Program-made: the position numbers and the translations under genes
Shown: positions 50,371 through 63,849 of the stretch, in pieces
How positions within the stretch are numbered: position 1 is the first letter of the stretch
Layout: every line of letters begins with the position of its first letter
Notes under the pieces: generated by a model
The model's database searches: none
The model's input: only the letters and a program-made list of their open reading frames with translations
Told to the model about the DNA's origin: nothing
Assembly: GCA_050575255.1 (NCBI GenBank)
Contig: JBNZDD010013650.1
Coordinates: forward strand, 2,636,073-2,700,072
Source of the DNA: Harriotta raleighana
Taxonomy: Eukaryota
Reading direction: 5' to 3'
DNA: 64,000 bases

Positions 50371-52566
50371 TAGAGTATTTGACTGCTTTGAGTATAGGAG
50401 TACAGCTCATCGTGTAAATGTTGCTAATTTATTCCAAGCAGAGTAATGAAGAATCCTCTTACCCCCCACATTGTTATTGATATAACACTCATTAGAAACA
50501 GCATTACTGCAATTCAATGTTGCCTTGATAATAATCCTTGTAGCCAATTGAGCATAGTCGTTGATTGAAGTGACCAATTTGATAACCAAATATGTGACAT
50601 TTACCAGTAATACTTCCACTAGAATATCATGGGCCTCACTTCAAGGGAAGGTGGAAATGTATAGTCATAAGAGATTTTCTTATACCATAACACATTTTAT
50701 ATCTTGTCTTGAGTACAAAAACAGTCACTAAACATTACAGCAATTATTGTGCTAATTCCAGTATTTTGAACTGTTTACACAGATCAATTGCAGTATTTAA
50801 AAAAAAGTCATTTCAATTCACAACTGATTGTATGACGCTGCTGCGTGCAATTTGCTGCCGCATTTTGCCCACAAATATAAAATCTATTAATACAATATAT
50901 TCTGTGAAGTGCTTTGAGACATCTAGAAGACGTGAAAAGTGCTAGATCAAGTGCAAGGATTATTATTAGATATAAGCATCAGAGAACAAAGAGATACCAC
51001 AGAGTAACCCATTATCTGCATCTATAACCACAGAATGAATTACAACATGACTTTATTCACTATTTTTAGATCACTATCTTTTTAGCATTGGTTCTTATCT
51101 ATTTACATTACTTTAAATGGCCTTTTCAAGCAGTCTGTGGAGATTAGATCAGAATAATCAGTTAAATTTGTAAGTCTGGATCACTATCTTGTATTTTGTT
51201 ATTAGCATTCACATATTGCAAGGTTGCAAGTGATTATATAGTTTTTCTGAAAAGTGTTGAGTTCCAACAGTGCCTCAAGACTAAGACAACATTCCACACC
51301 TCAGCATTGTCAAACTGTCAGTCTCTAATTTTGCCACGAGTTAAGATTCACTTTATAGTCCTGGCAGTACAATGTGAACAGTAAAATTATGTTGGGACAT
51401 CATAAACTTCCTGGACCAGAAGAGTACAGGAGTCAATCTTGGTTAAAACTCTTGAAAATATTAAAACAGCAAGTACTGTATGTACAGAACAAATCAATTT
51501 AGCATTCAGTTACAATCTCCCACATGGATGCACAGAATAATTTGATGCACAGAATAATTTATTAGTTTAATAATCAATTAAATATGCTTTACTTTCTAAA
51601 ATATTACTTAGCATTATTTGAGGATTATTCTGCAAATATTTATTTTCTGATCCAAACAGGAACCACTCTAAATGTTCTGATTAAAAATACAAGCAGGAAT
51701 TGTCTTATTTACAAAGAGGTATTGGACTGCAATTAAAACTGAGATTTTTTGCAGCTAATGAATGACTGTGATTCTTTTCAAAAGAATGGAGACTTAGTAT
51801 TAGTGACACAGTAATTATAATTGCAAGTAGAAGCCAAATTGTTTGTTTGGGAGAACTTAGCTCCTATTTATAGGTTTAAGCAAGGCAACAATTATGGCTT
51901 GAAATCTCACTTATTCCTAGCCTGTTGATAATGTTCCAAAGTAAAATAGCCACACAAAATTGTGGAAAAATTTTCAATTCAGAATAAAGTTGGAAGCTGT
52001 TTTTCTGCAGTTGTTAAAAAGAACCATTATCTGATTTAAAACAAAATTTAAGAATTTTGTACAATTCAGCATGAACTTTCATTTTCACAGCCCAGGAAAA
52101 CGTGGAATTTCATACCATCAGCCTTTGGGAAACACAAAGACTTTTCTGGTGGGTCTTGGACCAAATGAAGCCCTTCTTTGGCCCAATGCCCCTATGTCTA
52201 ATTTAGATCCATTTCAGCCCCAATTCTCCGACTTCACCAATACTCTTACCCTTGGCATATTCACCTTAAAATTACCTTCTCTTTCGGCTTTATTAAAAAT
52301 GAAGAGAAAACATGCATTAAAAAGGAGTGACGGCTAGAATATCAAATTTATTTTCCTCTATCAAAGGCAGACTGAGGAGCTGTGTATTTCCAGCATTTTA
52401 TTCTTCAGGAAATGAGTGCCCCCTGGATCTTTTACCACCTCTTCCAGCATCCACTTAATGCACTTACCACAATAAACAAGTAATTTCAAAGTAGGAAGCA
52501 GGCAGTTATATTGACTCTGAATAGCTTTAAACCTTCCAAATAACAGATATTGGCTAATAATACTGT

Positions 52567-52830
52567 AATAATCTTTGCATTTGATGTAGCACTTTTCATG
52601 TCTTCTAGACATCTCAAAGCGCTTCACAGAATGTACTGTAAAGTGAATTGACTATATTTGTAGACAAAATGTGGCAGCCAATTGTGCACAGCAGCATCCC
52701 ACACATAATCGTGGATTGATATGACCAATTTTTTTTTGAGGGATTATTATTAGGCGTGTGGAGTAAGGAAACTTGCCCACGGTTTCGCCATGCCTGGAGT
52801 TGAACCCAGGTCTTTTGCTTGTAAGGCTAA
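52567..52830 (-). mobile_element. tRNA-Deu SINE, head truncated
   Basis: Matches the 57512-57829 copy. Confidence 0.85.
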
Positions 52831-53977
52831 GAAAGTGAAAGGAAATTTTAAAAAGTGATTGTTCACTTTATACATATCCTCGAATGTATCTAGATAAGAC
52901 TTTAAAACAAACACTCACAGTAGTACCTGGTGTATTCTGCATTCATAAGAGAATATTTGAGCATTCATAGAGAATCGCTCCTAAGGAGCCTCCAATGTCA
53001 AACTAGGCTCCACAAAGGAAACACTTTCCAGTATAGTGAATCAAACTATTTTAATTGTCTATCAGTAAAATTAAACACATGCAAACACAAGATAATTAGT
53101 TTCTGGGAAAACACAATCAATCAATCAAAATGGCATTTATACAGTGCCTTTCAGGACTTCCCAACACAACTACATTTTCCATAATTAATTCCTAGCCATA
53201 AGAATTATGCCTCAAGTGGTTATCGACTGCTCTTCAATTTTCTTTCTCCCTGCTTGAATACAGAAATTGCAGTAATTTTTCAAATTATTGGGTTTGATTT
53301 GCTATGCAAACAATGCACTTACAATATGAATGCTAAGGACTTTATACTGTAATTTCACTCTACAGCCTACAATGCAAAAACCATACACAGCTATTGCCCT
53401 TATCATGCAGTAGAATTGTTTTGAGGCTAACTCTAATATTAATGTTAGGGACGAGCCTTCAAGCTGTGAAATTCTACCCTGCAATCCCTCCGCGTCCTCC
53501 CTAGCCTCCTCCAAGTCCAGCCTCAAGACCCTCCTCTTGATTTATTTATTTGTTTAATATATTAACTTAATTTATTCTTTTTATTAATTTATTTAATTGT
53601 ACTGATGCTGATAAAACACTGCTACACAAAAATATATTCTATGTTGTGGATAAACCAACATTTTAGTCTAATTTGGCTTTAGTTTTCAATGCCTGATAAC
53701 TGCTCTGCTTATGATTTATATATACAGTTGTTTGTGGAATTGACCTGAGTTGACGCTTGAGATTTGTATCATTAATAAAGCAAACTTCAGCAAGTTCACA
53801 TTTACATTTAGTCCTACAGTTGTGCTGGCACATAAATCTGTTTATTATTCATGTTGTTTTGAAGTACTATAAGTGCATTATCTTCATAAGAATACATTCT
53901 GTACTACATTAGCTCATTTCCAGAATGCAGGAGCAAATTGTTTGTGGTCAACTGGGTATCTGATGCCATCTGGCAGT

Positions 53978-54272
53978 GGAGTCCTGTAGCTCAGTGGTTA
54001 GAGCACTCGGCTTACAAGCGTGACACCTGTGGTCGAATCCAGGCAGGTCAGGGCGAAACCTTGGGCAAGTTTCCTTACTCCACATGCCTAATAATAATCC
54101 CATCAAAAAAAAGTTAAAAATTGATCATTTCAATCCATGACTGTTTGTGGGACACTCTTGTGCGCAATTGGCTGCTGTGTTTCACATATATAGTCAATTC
54201 ACTTTACAGTATGTTCTGTGAAGCACTTCGAGACAGACGTGAAAACCTTATATCAAATGCAAATTTTATTAT
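53978..54272 (+). mobile_element. Full-length tRNA-derived Deu-domain SINE
   Basis: ggagtcctgtagctcagtggttagagc (A box), gtcgaatcc (B box), Deu-like core gggacac..gtgcgcaattggctgc, L2-like 3' tail. Confidence 0.9.
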
Positions 54273-55475
54273 ACTGTGTATAATACGAAAAAGGCCACTA
54301 TAAAATAGGTACTTTAACTGAAGCAAAATTGTCCATAATCCTCGCATCAAAAACTTCCTTGTGCAAATTACATTTGCCTACCATTTAAGATGCATTAAGA
54401 GATTTCACAATGGCTTTAAAGGTAATGCACCCAACCAGGACACTAATCTGGTTACTGACAGAAAGATCACTTCTGCTTCACTTATTCCCTCCCACTCAAT
54501 TTAAAAAGCAATTGTAGTATTTATGCTGATCGAGTGCATTTAAAAAAAACGTAAGAACTTGCATTTTAATAGCACCATTTAAAAAAAAAGCAGAAACTTG
54601 CCAAATATAGATCGATAAAACATTATTCTGAAGTACTGCTTGAGAATAGTGCAAAAGACTCCACTGCCTCTGCAGTGTGACTGGGGCATTACCAAAGCTA
54701 CAAGGACAACTGGTGTGTAAAATACAGGTTACATTAAGTCCATAAAGGCTTAATCATAGTTACAGAATGCAGTACCAGGTGTAGCTCATGCTGTATTTGA
54801 TATGGGAAGGATTCCTACTAACAACGAGAATCGAACACAGACAAGCATTCAATTCCAAACAATATAGACAGTAACAGAATGTGTTTGTGGTACAAAACAC
54901 TGAATACAGGAGGAAAAAGGAAAAAATCTAATTGTTGAGGAGCAATTGTACCTTGAATTAGAATGTTATTTCACTACTGAATAAAACATTTCCTTGCTAT
55001 ACAAAGGCACTTCATAATTGTATACAGAGCAACAGAATACAAAGTGTAGTATTCAGAACAAAATAAGCCAGCGTAGCAGCATAGCAAAATTTCATTGGCA
55101 TATTGATGCTAGTCTTTATGTTTTTGTGATGAGGCTGGAACTGCCCGAGGCTATCTGCAAATGCTGACCATAACATTTCATTTTCTGCAGCAGGAAAACA
55201 GAAGCAAGTTGCCAAATCGAGCATGATGTCTGCAAAGAAAATACAACGGAAATCCAACTTCCACAAATCACAGAAAACATATTCACTGATGCACAGAACA
55301 CTTATATCGCAGTATTCCATTCTGATATACTAGTCCTACCCATTCCAGCTTTGCTTGCAACCAAAGGATCCAATATTGAAGTGTAGATTGACATATACGA
55401 CAGACATTTTGTCTTTATCTATACTAAGCTAAGAACCCTGAGGACTCCTTTTGAGAGGACTCCTTTAATATATTT

Positions 55476-56170
55476 TCTCTCTCTCTATTCCTGTCTGTCT
55501 CTCTATTTCTCAGTGTCTCCCACTCTCTCTCTCTTGACTCTCCGTCTCAGTGTGTCTCTCTCTGGCAATCTGTCTTTCTCTCTCTGAGTGTCAGTGTCTC
55601 TCCCAGTCTCAGCATCTCTCTTTCAGTCTCAAATGTCTCTCAGTCTCAGTGTCTCTTTCTCTCAGTCCTGGTCTCTGAGTCTCAGTCTCCCTCTCTCTCA
55701 GTCTGTCTCCCTCTGGCAGTCTCTCTCTCTCTCACACAGGCTGTCAGTGTCTCTCCCAGTGTCTCTCTGTCTCATTTGCAGTCTAAATATCTCTCTCTCA
55801 GTCCCAGTGTTTCTCTCTCTCTCAACAACAACAACTTGGGATTCATACAGCACCCTCCACACCAGACGGCGTCTCAGAGCGCCTACAAAGCAGAGCCCAG
55901 GGCCAAGCCAGGGGAAGAAGTTGACCAAAGGCGTGGTCGAACAAAAAAGTCTTCAGGTGCGACCTGAAAATGGGAAAGGAGGGGACAAGGCAAAGGGAGT
56001 GTCTCTCTCAGTCCCAGTGTGACTCTCTCTGGCAGTCTATCTCTGAATCTCAGTCTCTCTCTCACTCAGTGTGTCTCTCAGTCATTGTGTCTCTCTCTAC
56101 CAGTCTCTCTTTCTCTCTCTCCCTCCCTCTCGGTCTCCCTCTCCCAGGATCCTTCTCTATCTCCCTTTCT
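55476..56170. repeat. Degenerate (CT)n/ctcagt low-complexity array with an embedded L2 3' fragment (55824-55998, -)
   Basis: Directly visible. Confidence 0.85.
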
Positions 56171-56945
56171 TGGACTCAATCCATGACTGTTTGTGGGTCA
56201 CTGCTGTGTGCCATTCATTGGTTGCCACATTTCGCCCACTTATATACAGTCAATTCACTTTACAGTATATTATGTGAACAACAACAACTTCAATTTATAT
56301 AGCACCCTCCACGCCGGATGGCGTCTCAGAGCGTGAAGTGCTTTGAAGACATGAAAAGCACTACCTGTATATCAAATGCAAGTATTATTATAATAGACCA
56401 ACACTTTGTCTTTATTAGTATAGATAGAAGATAGATGGCTGGATATTGTTCACCAAACCATAGTGCAATTCAAGTGAAAATTAGAACTCCTACCAATTTC
56501 GGTTCTAAAGGATCAGCCCAATCCATAATTTATAAAAACAATAAAACTGTCCATTTCTGATTTATTTAAAATGCTAATTTCTAGAAAGGTTACTACACAT
56601 TTACAATGTCAAAACTAAAATCAAAGAGCTCCTTCACCAACTGAACAAGTGAGCAGCCAGTTTTGCTTCTGACCACCAGTCTGCACTGTGCTTATTGATC
56701 TCTGGGGAGATGGCAATGAGGCTCTACAATTTGTCTCAGTGCTCTGAATTGTAGAGGGCAATAAAAACAGTCAAGTTCCTGCTCACGTTCCAGTCCCTAC
56801 TTTCAGGAGTTGAACATACATGCATGTATAATAAATACAATTATATATTGTATTATATTATTATATTTATAAATGAAAGTTGCTCTTAGAGACAAATTAA
56901 ATGACCTCATCTCCATATTCAACATATAGTACATATACATATATA

Positions 56946-57381
56946 CAATAAAAGTCCAATAATCCGATATGGTTGGGACCTAGGCGGTGCCGGATTTGCG
57001 GATATGGTGGATTAGTGGATATGACGGATTATTGGACATTACTCTTAAGGGTGGGAGGATTTGGGTGTCCTATGCTCTTATCTATGTTACATACCTTTAT
57101 AGCGAAACCCAGAGCTCTCCCCATCTCGGTGGAGCAGGTGGGCTGCCTAAAGAGGCATCGCACCCGCTGAAAGTAAATTTTTCAGAAAATAAAATGGAGT
57201 GTAAAGCGCACATAAGAGCTTATTAAACGTGATGTCAGTGACGGGCCCCCGAGGAAAATGCACCGGGTAGTGTGAAGGATCTCTGGGAAGAGATGCGCAG
57301 ATTCAAAAAAAAGGACCGTCACAGATGCCCGACTATAAGGCTTTCCGGATTATCAGGTGCCAGATTAAAGGACTTTTACTG
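56946..57381. mobile_element. Tigger/pogo-like MITE
   Basis: TA|caataaaagtccaataatc ... gattaaaggacttttactg|TA. Confidence 0.8.
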
Positions 57382-57511
57382 TAGTTAGTTTGTCTCTCAA
57401 GTGCACTTGTGATCAAATAGCCCTCCCACCCAACTAATTGGGTGTCAACAGCTCTGGGAGAGTGGTGGAGAAAAATAGCCGAGGAAGAAATTTTATTAAA
57501 TATGGGCTAAT

Positions 57512-57829
57512 TAATAATAATCTTTGCATTTGATATAGCGCTTTTCACATCTTATCGATGACCCAAAGCGCTTCACAGAATATACTGTTAAGTGAATTGA
57601 CTGGATATTTGTGGGTGGAACGCGGCAGTCAATTGCGCACAGAAGTTTCCCACAAACAATCATGGATTGAAAATAACCAATTTTTTAATTGTTTTTTTTA
57701 GGGAGGGATTATTATTAGGCATGTGGAGTAAGGAAACTTGCCCAAGGTTTCGCCCTGATCTGCCAGGATTCGAACACAGGTGTCACGCTTGTAAAGCGAG
57801 CGCTCTAACCACTGAGCCACAGGAGCTCC
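57512..57829 (-). mobile_element. Full-length tRNA-Deu SINE
   Basis: A/B boxes, Deu-like core and (att)n tail on the minus strand; CpGs well preserved. Confidence 0.9.
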
Positions 57830-60135
57830 TAAACCACTGAGCCACAGGAGATAATTAAAGTATCTGTTTTCAAAAAATAATATTAATCGCAGGGAGGAAC
57901 TGAAACAATTCATATTCTGATGCTGCTTAATGAAGAACAGTGTGGTATTCAATTACAGTTCCAGTACAGAGCAAGAACTCCAACACCTTGTCAAATACAA
58001 ATAAATGAAAGTTGCTCTGTGCATTTTAGAGACAAATTAAATAATCTCATCTACATATTCAACAACAATTGCATTGATAGAGCGCCTTTCACGTCGGGAG
58101 GACGTCCCATATATTTAAATACAAATTTAAAAAAGACTATCCATTTGGCATGAAATAGGATAGACACCAAGCAAATTAATACAAGTATTTTGAGTGCAGT
58201 GAACATGTACAGCATTATGGTATTTGAAGACATTAAAACCAAATACTGCAACATAGTTCCCGGAGCAATCAAGTCTCCAGCATCTCCTTACTGTGGTCAC
58301 TTGTGCGTCAGACACATCAAATGATAGTTAGGAAAAACAATTCTGTCCTTATCTATTCCATGCAATTTGATTTGTGCTGTAAACAATATTTCAACAAGTT
58401 GTACAAAAGTCAAATTGAAAAACAACACACTTTTTGGCCCAACATATTTTTCTGGCTTAATTTTGAAGGCTCCTGTTCATGTCAAATAATGTGGCATTTA
58501 CATTGGGTAGCCACTTTCTGGCCTACTGCTATATTACTGATTACCACTTTCCCCACACTCATTAACAGTTCATATCACTGACAGATCCAAATTTGTCCAT
58601 AGTCAAAATAGCACGATTGCTATCTTGATAAAATGTTTTGCATTCAAACGCTTCGAATGGCTAGGCCACACAGTGGTGCAAAAGCACAATTCATGATCCA
58701 CCTCTTTAAGCAGAGTACACCACTTAGTTTACACTGTTTGCCAGCAAATTTTAGGCTGCCATTAACAAAATACTAGCAATGTAAATGTACAATAAAACAC
58801 ATAGTTTAATTTTAAAAAATGTACCAGAACTACTGCAGGAGATCTGACGATTACACTCCAAAGTGCTGGGCTACAGAGTAGTACAAAAGCACAATTTATG
58901 AGCCTTGATGCACACCAATCTAATTAGCAATCTCAGCCATGGTATCTGGGGAGGAGATGAAGATAGGGACAGCTGAGTGAGGGAGGTGACCTTGGTCCCC
59001 TTGCAAACACCAAACAGTCTGTTTCAGAGTAACAGTGCCTGAAGCCTAGAACCTGGCTCCTACATACTGTATTGTATTTGTACACGTATTTGGAAACCCA
59101 AGAAAAGGCAGAACTTCATTCTCTTATTCTGAAAAAAACCTCTGTGACGGTTGTTCAATGCAGTGTTACTGAACTACCTTAAATGTAGCAGCATCTAAAA
59201 TATCTGTTACTTCAATCTAAATGATAATCTGCAATTTAATATGAAAAATAATTGAAAACAGCAAGGCAGAAAATAAAGACTGGCACAAACAGCAGTGCAG
59301 CCTGCAAATGTCACTTTATGATGATTGCCTTTATACTCTAGGAATGAGGTGGAGCCCTTCCAAGCGTTGTACCCAATTTGCTTGAAAGGAAATTGAATTA
59401 TACAAGCAATGACATTAAGTGATTTGCCAAAAATGAAATGTTGATTTACATTTTAGAACACAGAAGTCAGGGGAAAAAGAAGAAAACGAAAAAAAAAGGA
59501 CAAATCAAAGGGATTCGAGTCTCAATTCAGTGGATAGGGCCATTCATAAGCTATTGTTTATCTTGGCTTGATACAGACACTCGCAAAAAAATCAACTCTT
59601 CAGATAAAATGTGTGATCAGGCAGTAGTTGCTGAACTACTGTGATAACATTTGGAAAATCAGCCCACTAAAGCTGCAGCAATAAAGATCTGTTCTCAGAA
59701 GCATTGCACATACATATTACCTCCAGCTTTGAAAAACATTAGGGTGCATTTGGATATAGTTCAGGCTAGCTGAAGCGATCTACTTTATAAAAATACAGCA
59801 CAACATTGGAAGCAGAATGCATTCTGAAACAATTTTGAAAAATGTTTGTAAGATTTGAGGCAATTTGGCATCAGACTCAAGTTAAAACTCTTAATGCAAA
59901 TCATATGCTTTGCTATAGAACATTTCACAAAAATATTCCACAATTAAGGCCTACAAAGGTCTTGCCATCAAGAATTTGGAGAATTTGAAAAATTCAGCTA
60001 CCCAATTCAAAATCACTTTGTACATTTTTAGAAAAGCAGAGAACGCCACCGTTACATATTCCTGCAGCAACATATCTGAAGCTGCTTGCAGAAACATGAA
60101 GTGTTGTCGTTCAGCCTCCTTCATTAGAAATCAGT

Positions 60136-60400
60136 ACAACAACAAAATTACATTTATAGCGCGCCTTTCATGCTAGCTGAAGGATGTCCCTCGGCACTGA
60201 ACAGTTAGGGGTCGGGTCCCGAGTACGGGGCAGAGTAGAGGGGAGGGAGAGAGGTGGGAGAGCATCAGAAGGCACGATCGAACAGGAGGATCTTGAGACC
60301 GGACTTGAAGGAGGCAAGGGAGGAAGCGAGGCTAAGGGATTGTGGGATGGAGTTCAGAGTGTGGGGGAAGAGAGGCTGAAAACCCGGTCACCGATGGTAA
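60136..60400 (-). mobile_element. L2 3' fragment
   Basis: L2 tail and C-terminal remnant. Confidence 0.8.
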
Positions 60401-60441
60401 GGCTTTGCTTTAAAAAAAACTCTAAAAAGCACTGTAATGGA

Positions 60442-60745
60442 CAATCAATCAATCAATCAAAATTTTATTTATATAGCGCCTTTCAAGTCGGGAGGACGTC
60501 CCAAGGCGCTGTACAGTCAAGTGCGGGGGAGGGGTCGGAGGAAGGAAAGTAGGAAAAATTGACTGTATATTTATGTGCGAATCGTGGCAGCCAAATTGCA
60601 CACAGCAGTGTCCCACAAACAGTCATGGAAATGAGGGAGCCAGGGATGAAAGGGGGAAAGAGGGTAAGGGGAGGGGTCGGGGTAGGGGGAAGAGAGCCGG
60701 AAAACCAGGTGTATATTTGGGGGCGAAACGCGGCAGCCAAATTGG
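60442..60745 (-). mobile_element. 5'-truncated double-Deu retroposon copy with (GATT)n tail
   Basis: Homologous to 13620-13990. Confidence 0.8.
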
Positions 60746-61271
60746 CTGAACTTTACTGAAAGATTAGTGGATTTTAAAAGCACACAGCTCCCTGCTGTTA
60801 CACACCCTCCCCAAATAAACACATTGATACCCAACATTTTCTTAGTAAAAATAAATTAGTAATAGTAAAAAAAAGTTGCAACATATATTGGCTATTCTGG
60901 CATAAAGGAAAATTGTCAAGAGAACTAGAGTTTATTGCAATAGTTCAAAAGACCCAGCAAACTTATATTCAAGGCCTACAGACAGTCAATAAGAGAGCTC
61001 CTTTCTGCACCACTACAGCATGAGGCCAGATATGTTAAACAAGGAGTGGCACTGACAGCTGCCAAGGAGATGGCTCTGGGCATAAGTGCCCTCTCTCCTC
61101 AACAGTCATTGCATTAATGGAGCTGGGTCAGAATTTTTAAATTCTGCTTCACAAGGAGACTGATTTTATTAACACTCCTTGGACAATTTCCCTTCAACTG
61201 CTCTGTTTAACAAGAGACATTTTCAATAGTGAAGAGGGCAAACGCTTGGTCTGGTCACACAAACTTACAAT

Positions 61272-61720
61272 AAACAACAACAAATTACATTTGTATAGAG
61301 CCTTTCATGTTGGGAGGACATGCTGGACAGCCAGGGATTTGGACACATTTGGGATCAGGGAGGTGAAGTGCAAAGAGGGGGAAGGGTAGGAGGATGGCTG
61401 AAGGAACAATTGAAGTGGAGCTTCTTGAGACAAGCCTTGATTGATTGGAGGGAGAAAGGTGAAGGCACTAAGGGATGTAGTTCCAAACGGTGGGGGCAGT
61501 GAGGCTGTTGGGGCAGGCTAGGTGGGCGACATGGAGCAGATCGGAGCTTGCTGAGTAGAGGGAGTTGACAGGTTGATATGGGGTTAGCAGGTCACAGAGG
61601 TTAGAACGGAGCAAGAGCTGAGAAAGCAAGGGCTTAGAAAGCGAGGATGAGGATGCAGAGTTCTGGATGATCTGCAGCTTATGAAGGGAAGAGTTGGAAA
61701 ATGAAGTTTATGTAGTTGAA
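61272..61720 (-). mobile_element. Degraded L2 3' fragment
   Basis: KLQIIQNSA motif and tail. Confidence 0.75.
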
Positions 61721-62299
61721 CCTAAATCTAATAGATGGATGTTGTTTACATCAACAACAACTTTTGATTTATATAGCGCCCTCCACGCCGGTCTCAGAGC
61801 GCTTACAACACCTTCCATCTTAAGGGCTTTACAGAATATAAATTAGAAGTAAAGTGAATGTTACTGTATAGGGAAATGTAGCAGGCAATTCATGCAAGAC
61901 ATATTCCACAAACAATGAAATAAGTAGCAAATTCATTTGAATTTAGTGGTAAATTTCAGTGAGTGGGGGGAATATCGGCCAGGATAACGGACATATACAA
62001 ATCAAAACTTTCTTTGAAATTGGGGTCCTGGTAGCTGGGGAGTGGAAAGTATGCCTTAATATCCACCTGAATTACAAGGCAAACAAAACCTAAATGAATA
62101 GCTCAATCAGAAAAAAATGTGTAAATAATAAATACACCCAACACAAAAATGATTCTAGTGAAAGAGAATATACAGAACTACAAGGTAGTGTGCATTCAAC
62201 AATATTCTGTTACTATAAATCTAGCAACAATAAATTTTTTAGCATACAAACAAAAAACACTTAGGCAAAATTATAGATGTGAACAAAAGGTAAATCTAT

Positions 62300-62645
62300 A
62301 GTCAGTGGTGAGAGCACTCACTGCACAAGCAAGAGACCTGGGTTTGATTCTAGGCAGGGCGAAACCTTGGGCGAGTTTTCTTATTCCATACGTCTAACAG
62401 TAACCCCTCAAAAAACAATAATAATTTGGTCATTCAGTCCATGACTGCTTATGGGACACTGCTCCGCGCAATTGGCAGCCACGTTATGCTCACAAATATT
62501 CAGTCATTTCACTTTAGAGTATATTAAGATGTGATATATCTTATATCGCTAAATCAAACGCAAGGATTATTATTCTGTGAAGCTCTTTGAGACTTCTAGA
62601 TGTGAAAAGTGCTATATCAAATGCAAGGATTATTATTATTATTAT
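62300..62645 (+). mobile_element. tRNA-Deu SINE with a partly duplicated tail
   Basis: Matches the SINE consensus. Confidence 0.8.
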
Positions 62646-63444
62646 CATCATCATGTGTCAGCTACTTAGATCTGCCTCTCAGAATTACAGTTTGACAGAG
62701 TAATTAGTTAGTTATTAGAAGTAACATACAGTAATTTTGAAAGGAATAGCCACAAGCTTAATCATTAAAATGTCCAAACGCTTGATATAGATAACAAAAT
62801 AACACACTCATTATTATTTTGCTCTCTGCAAAAGATAGGAAAGTATATCTGCTTTCATTTTACAAAAGGTAACTCAAACATGGAAGCACAGACTGGTTGG
62901 GCCAAATGGCCCGTTCTTGTGCTGTACAATCTATGTAAATCTATTTAAATGTGTTATTAAATGACCTTAAAGTACCTTACTGAAAGGTTACAAAGGTTTA
63001 CAGATCAGCTGCCACCATCTGCTCCAATTTATTCCAAATCTTCAGTTCTTCAACTACCCATGCTAGAAATGTACTAAAGGCAGGAAGCAAAACTATTACT
63101 TGAAGTATTTTAACCTTTAGCAATCACGTACCTTCAGCGCCTTGGGACGTCCTCCCCACATGAAAGGTGCTCTAGAAATGTAATTTTGTTGTTGTTGTTC
63201 ACATTTATGAAAGTAACAATTCTCAATGATTACATTTTAAAACCTTTTATTGCTTAATAATAAAATACACTTCATTAGAAGATTGTTACCTTCTCTAAAT
63301 GAAATCATTTCAAAACTTCACAAAAGCTTTTTTTTAAAAAAAAGAGGGGTTTTAACTAATTCCATATTAGAAAATGCAATTAAACAATCAACTTCAATTT
63401 AGTGACTGATTTAAACTTTTAAATATTTTTACCGTTTTGGAATA

Positions 63445-63741
63445 TAATAATATTCATTTGATTTAGCACTTTTCAAATCTTCTAGATGTCTCAAAGCGCT
63501 TCACAGAATATATTGTAAAGTGAATTGACTGTATACTGTATTTAGGGGCAAAACACGGCAGCCAATTGCACACAGCAGTGTCCCAATTGTGGATTGAACC
63601 AATTTTATTACTTTCTTCTTGAGGGATTATTATCAGGCATGTGGAGCAAGGAAACATGCCCAAGGTTTCTCACTGCCAAAAATCGAACTCAGGTTTCTTG
63701 CTTGTGAGGCAAGTGCTCTAACCATTAAACTACAGGATTCC
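63445..63741 (-). mobile_element. tRNA-Deu SINE
   Basis: Matches the SINE consensus. Confidence 0.85.
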
Positions 63742-63849
63742 TAAAAAGAACACTTTACAGACATTTTCACCATAAAAATACACTGCGTAAACAAGAAAAC
63801 AGTTTCCCCTTTTTATAACAAATCTACAGAAATATATGAAAAATTTACA

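Noticed and set aside
53978-54050. tRNA-like sequences (also at 40794, 57829, 38607)
   Set aside because: They continue into SINE bodies and lack a proper acceptor stem, so they are SINE heads rather than tRNA genes.
55588-56302. Ser/Leu-rich ORFs
   Set aside because: They are translations of the (CT)n-type microsatellite.
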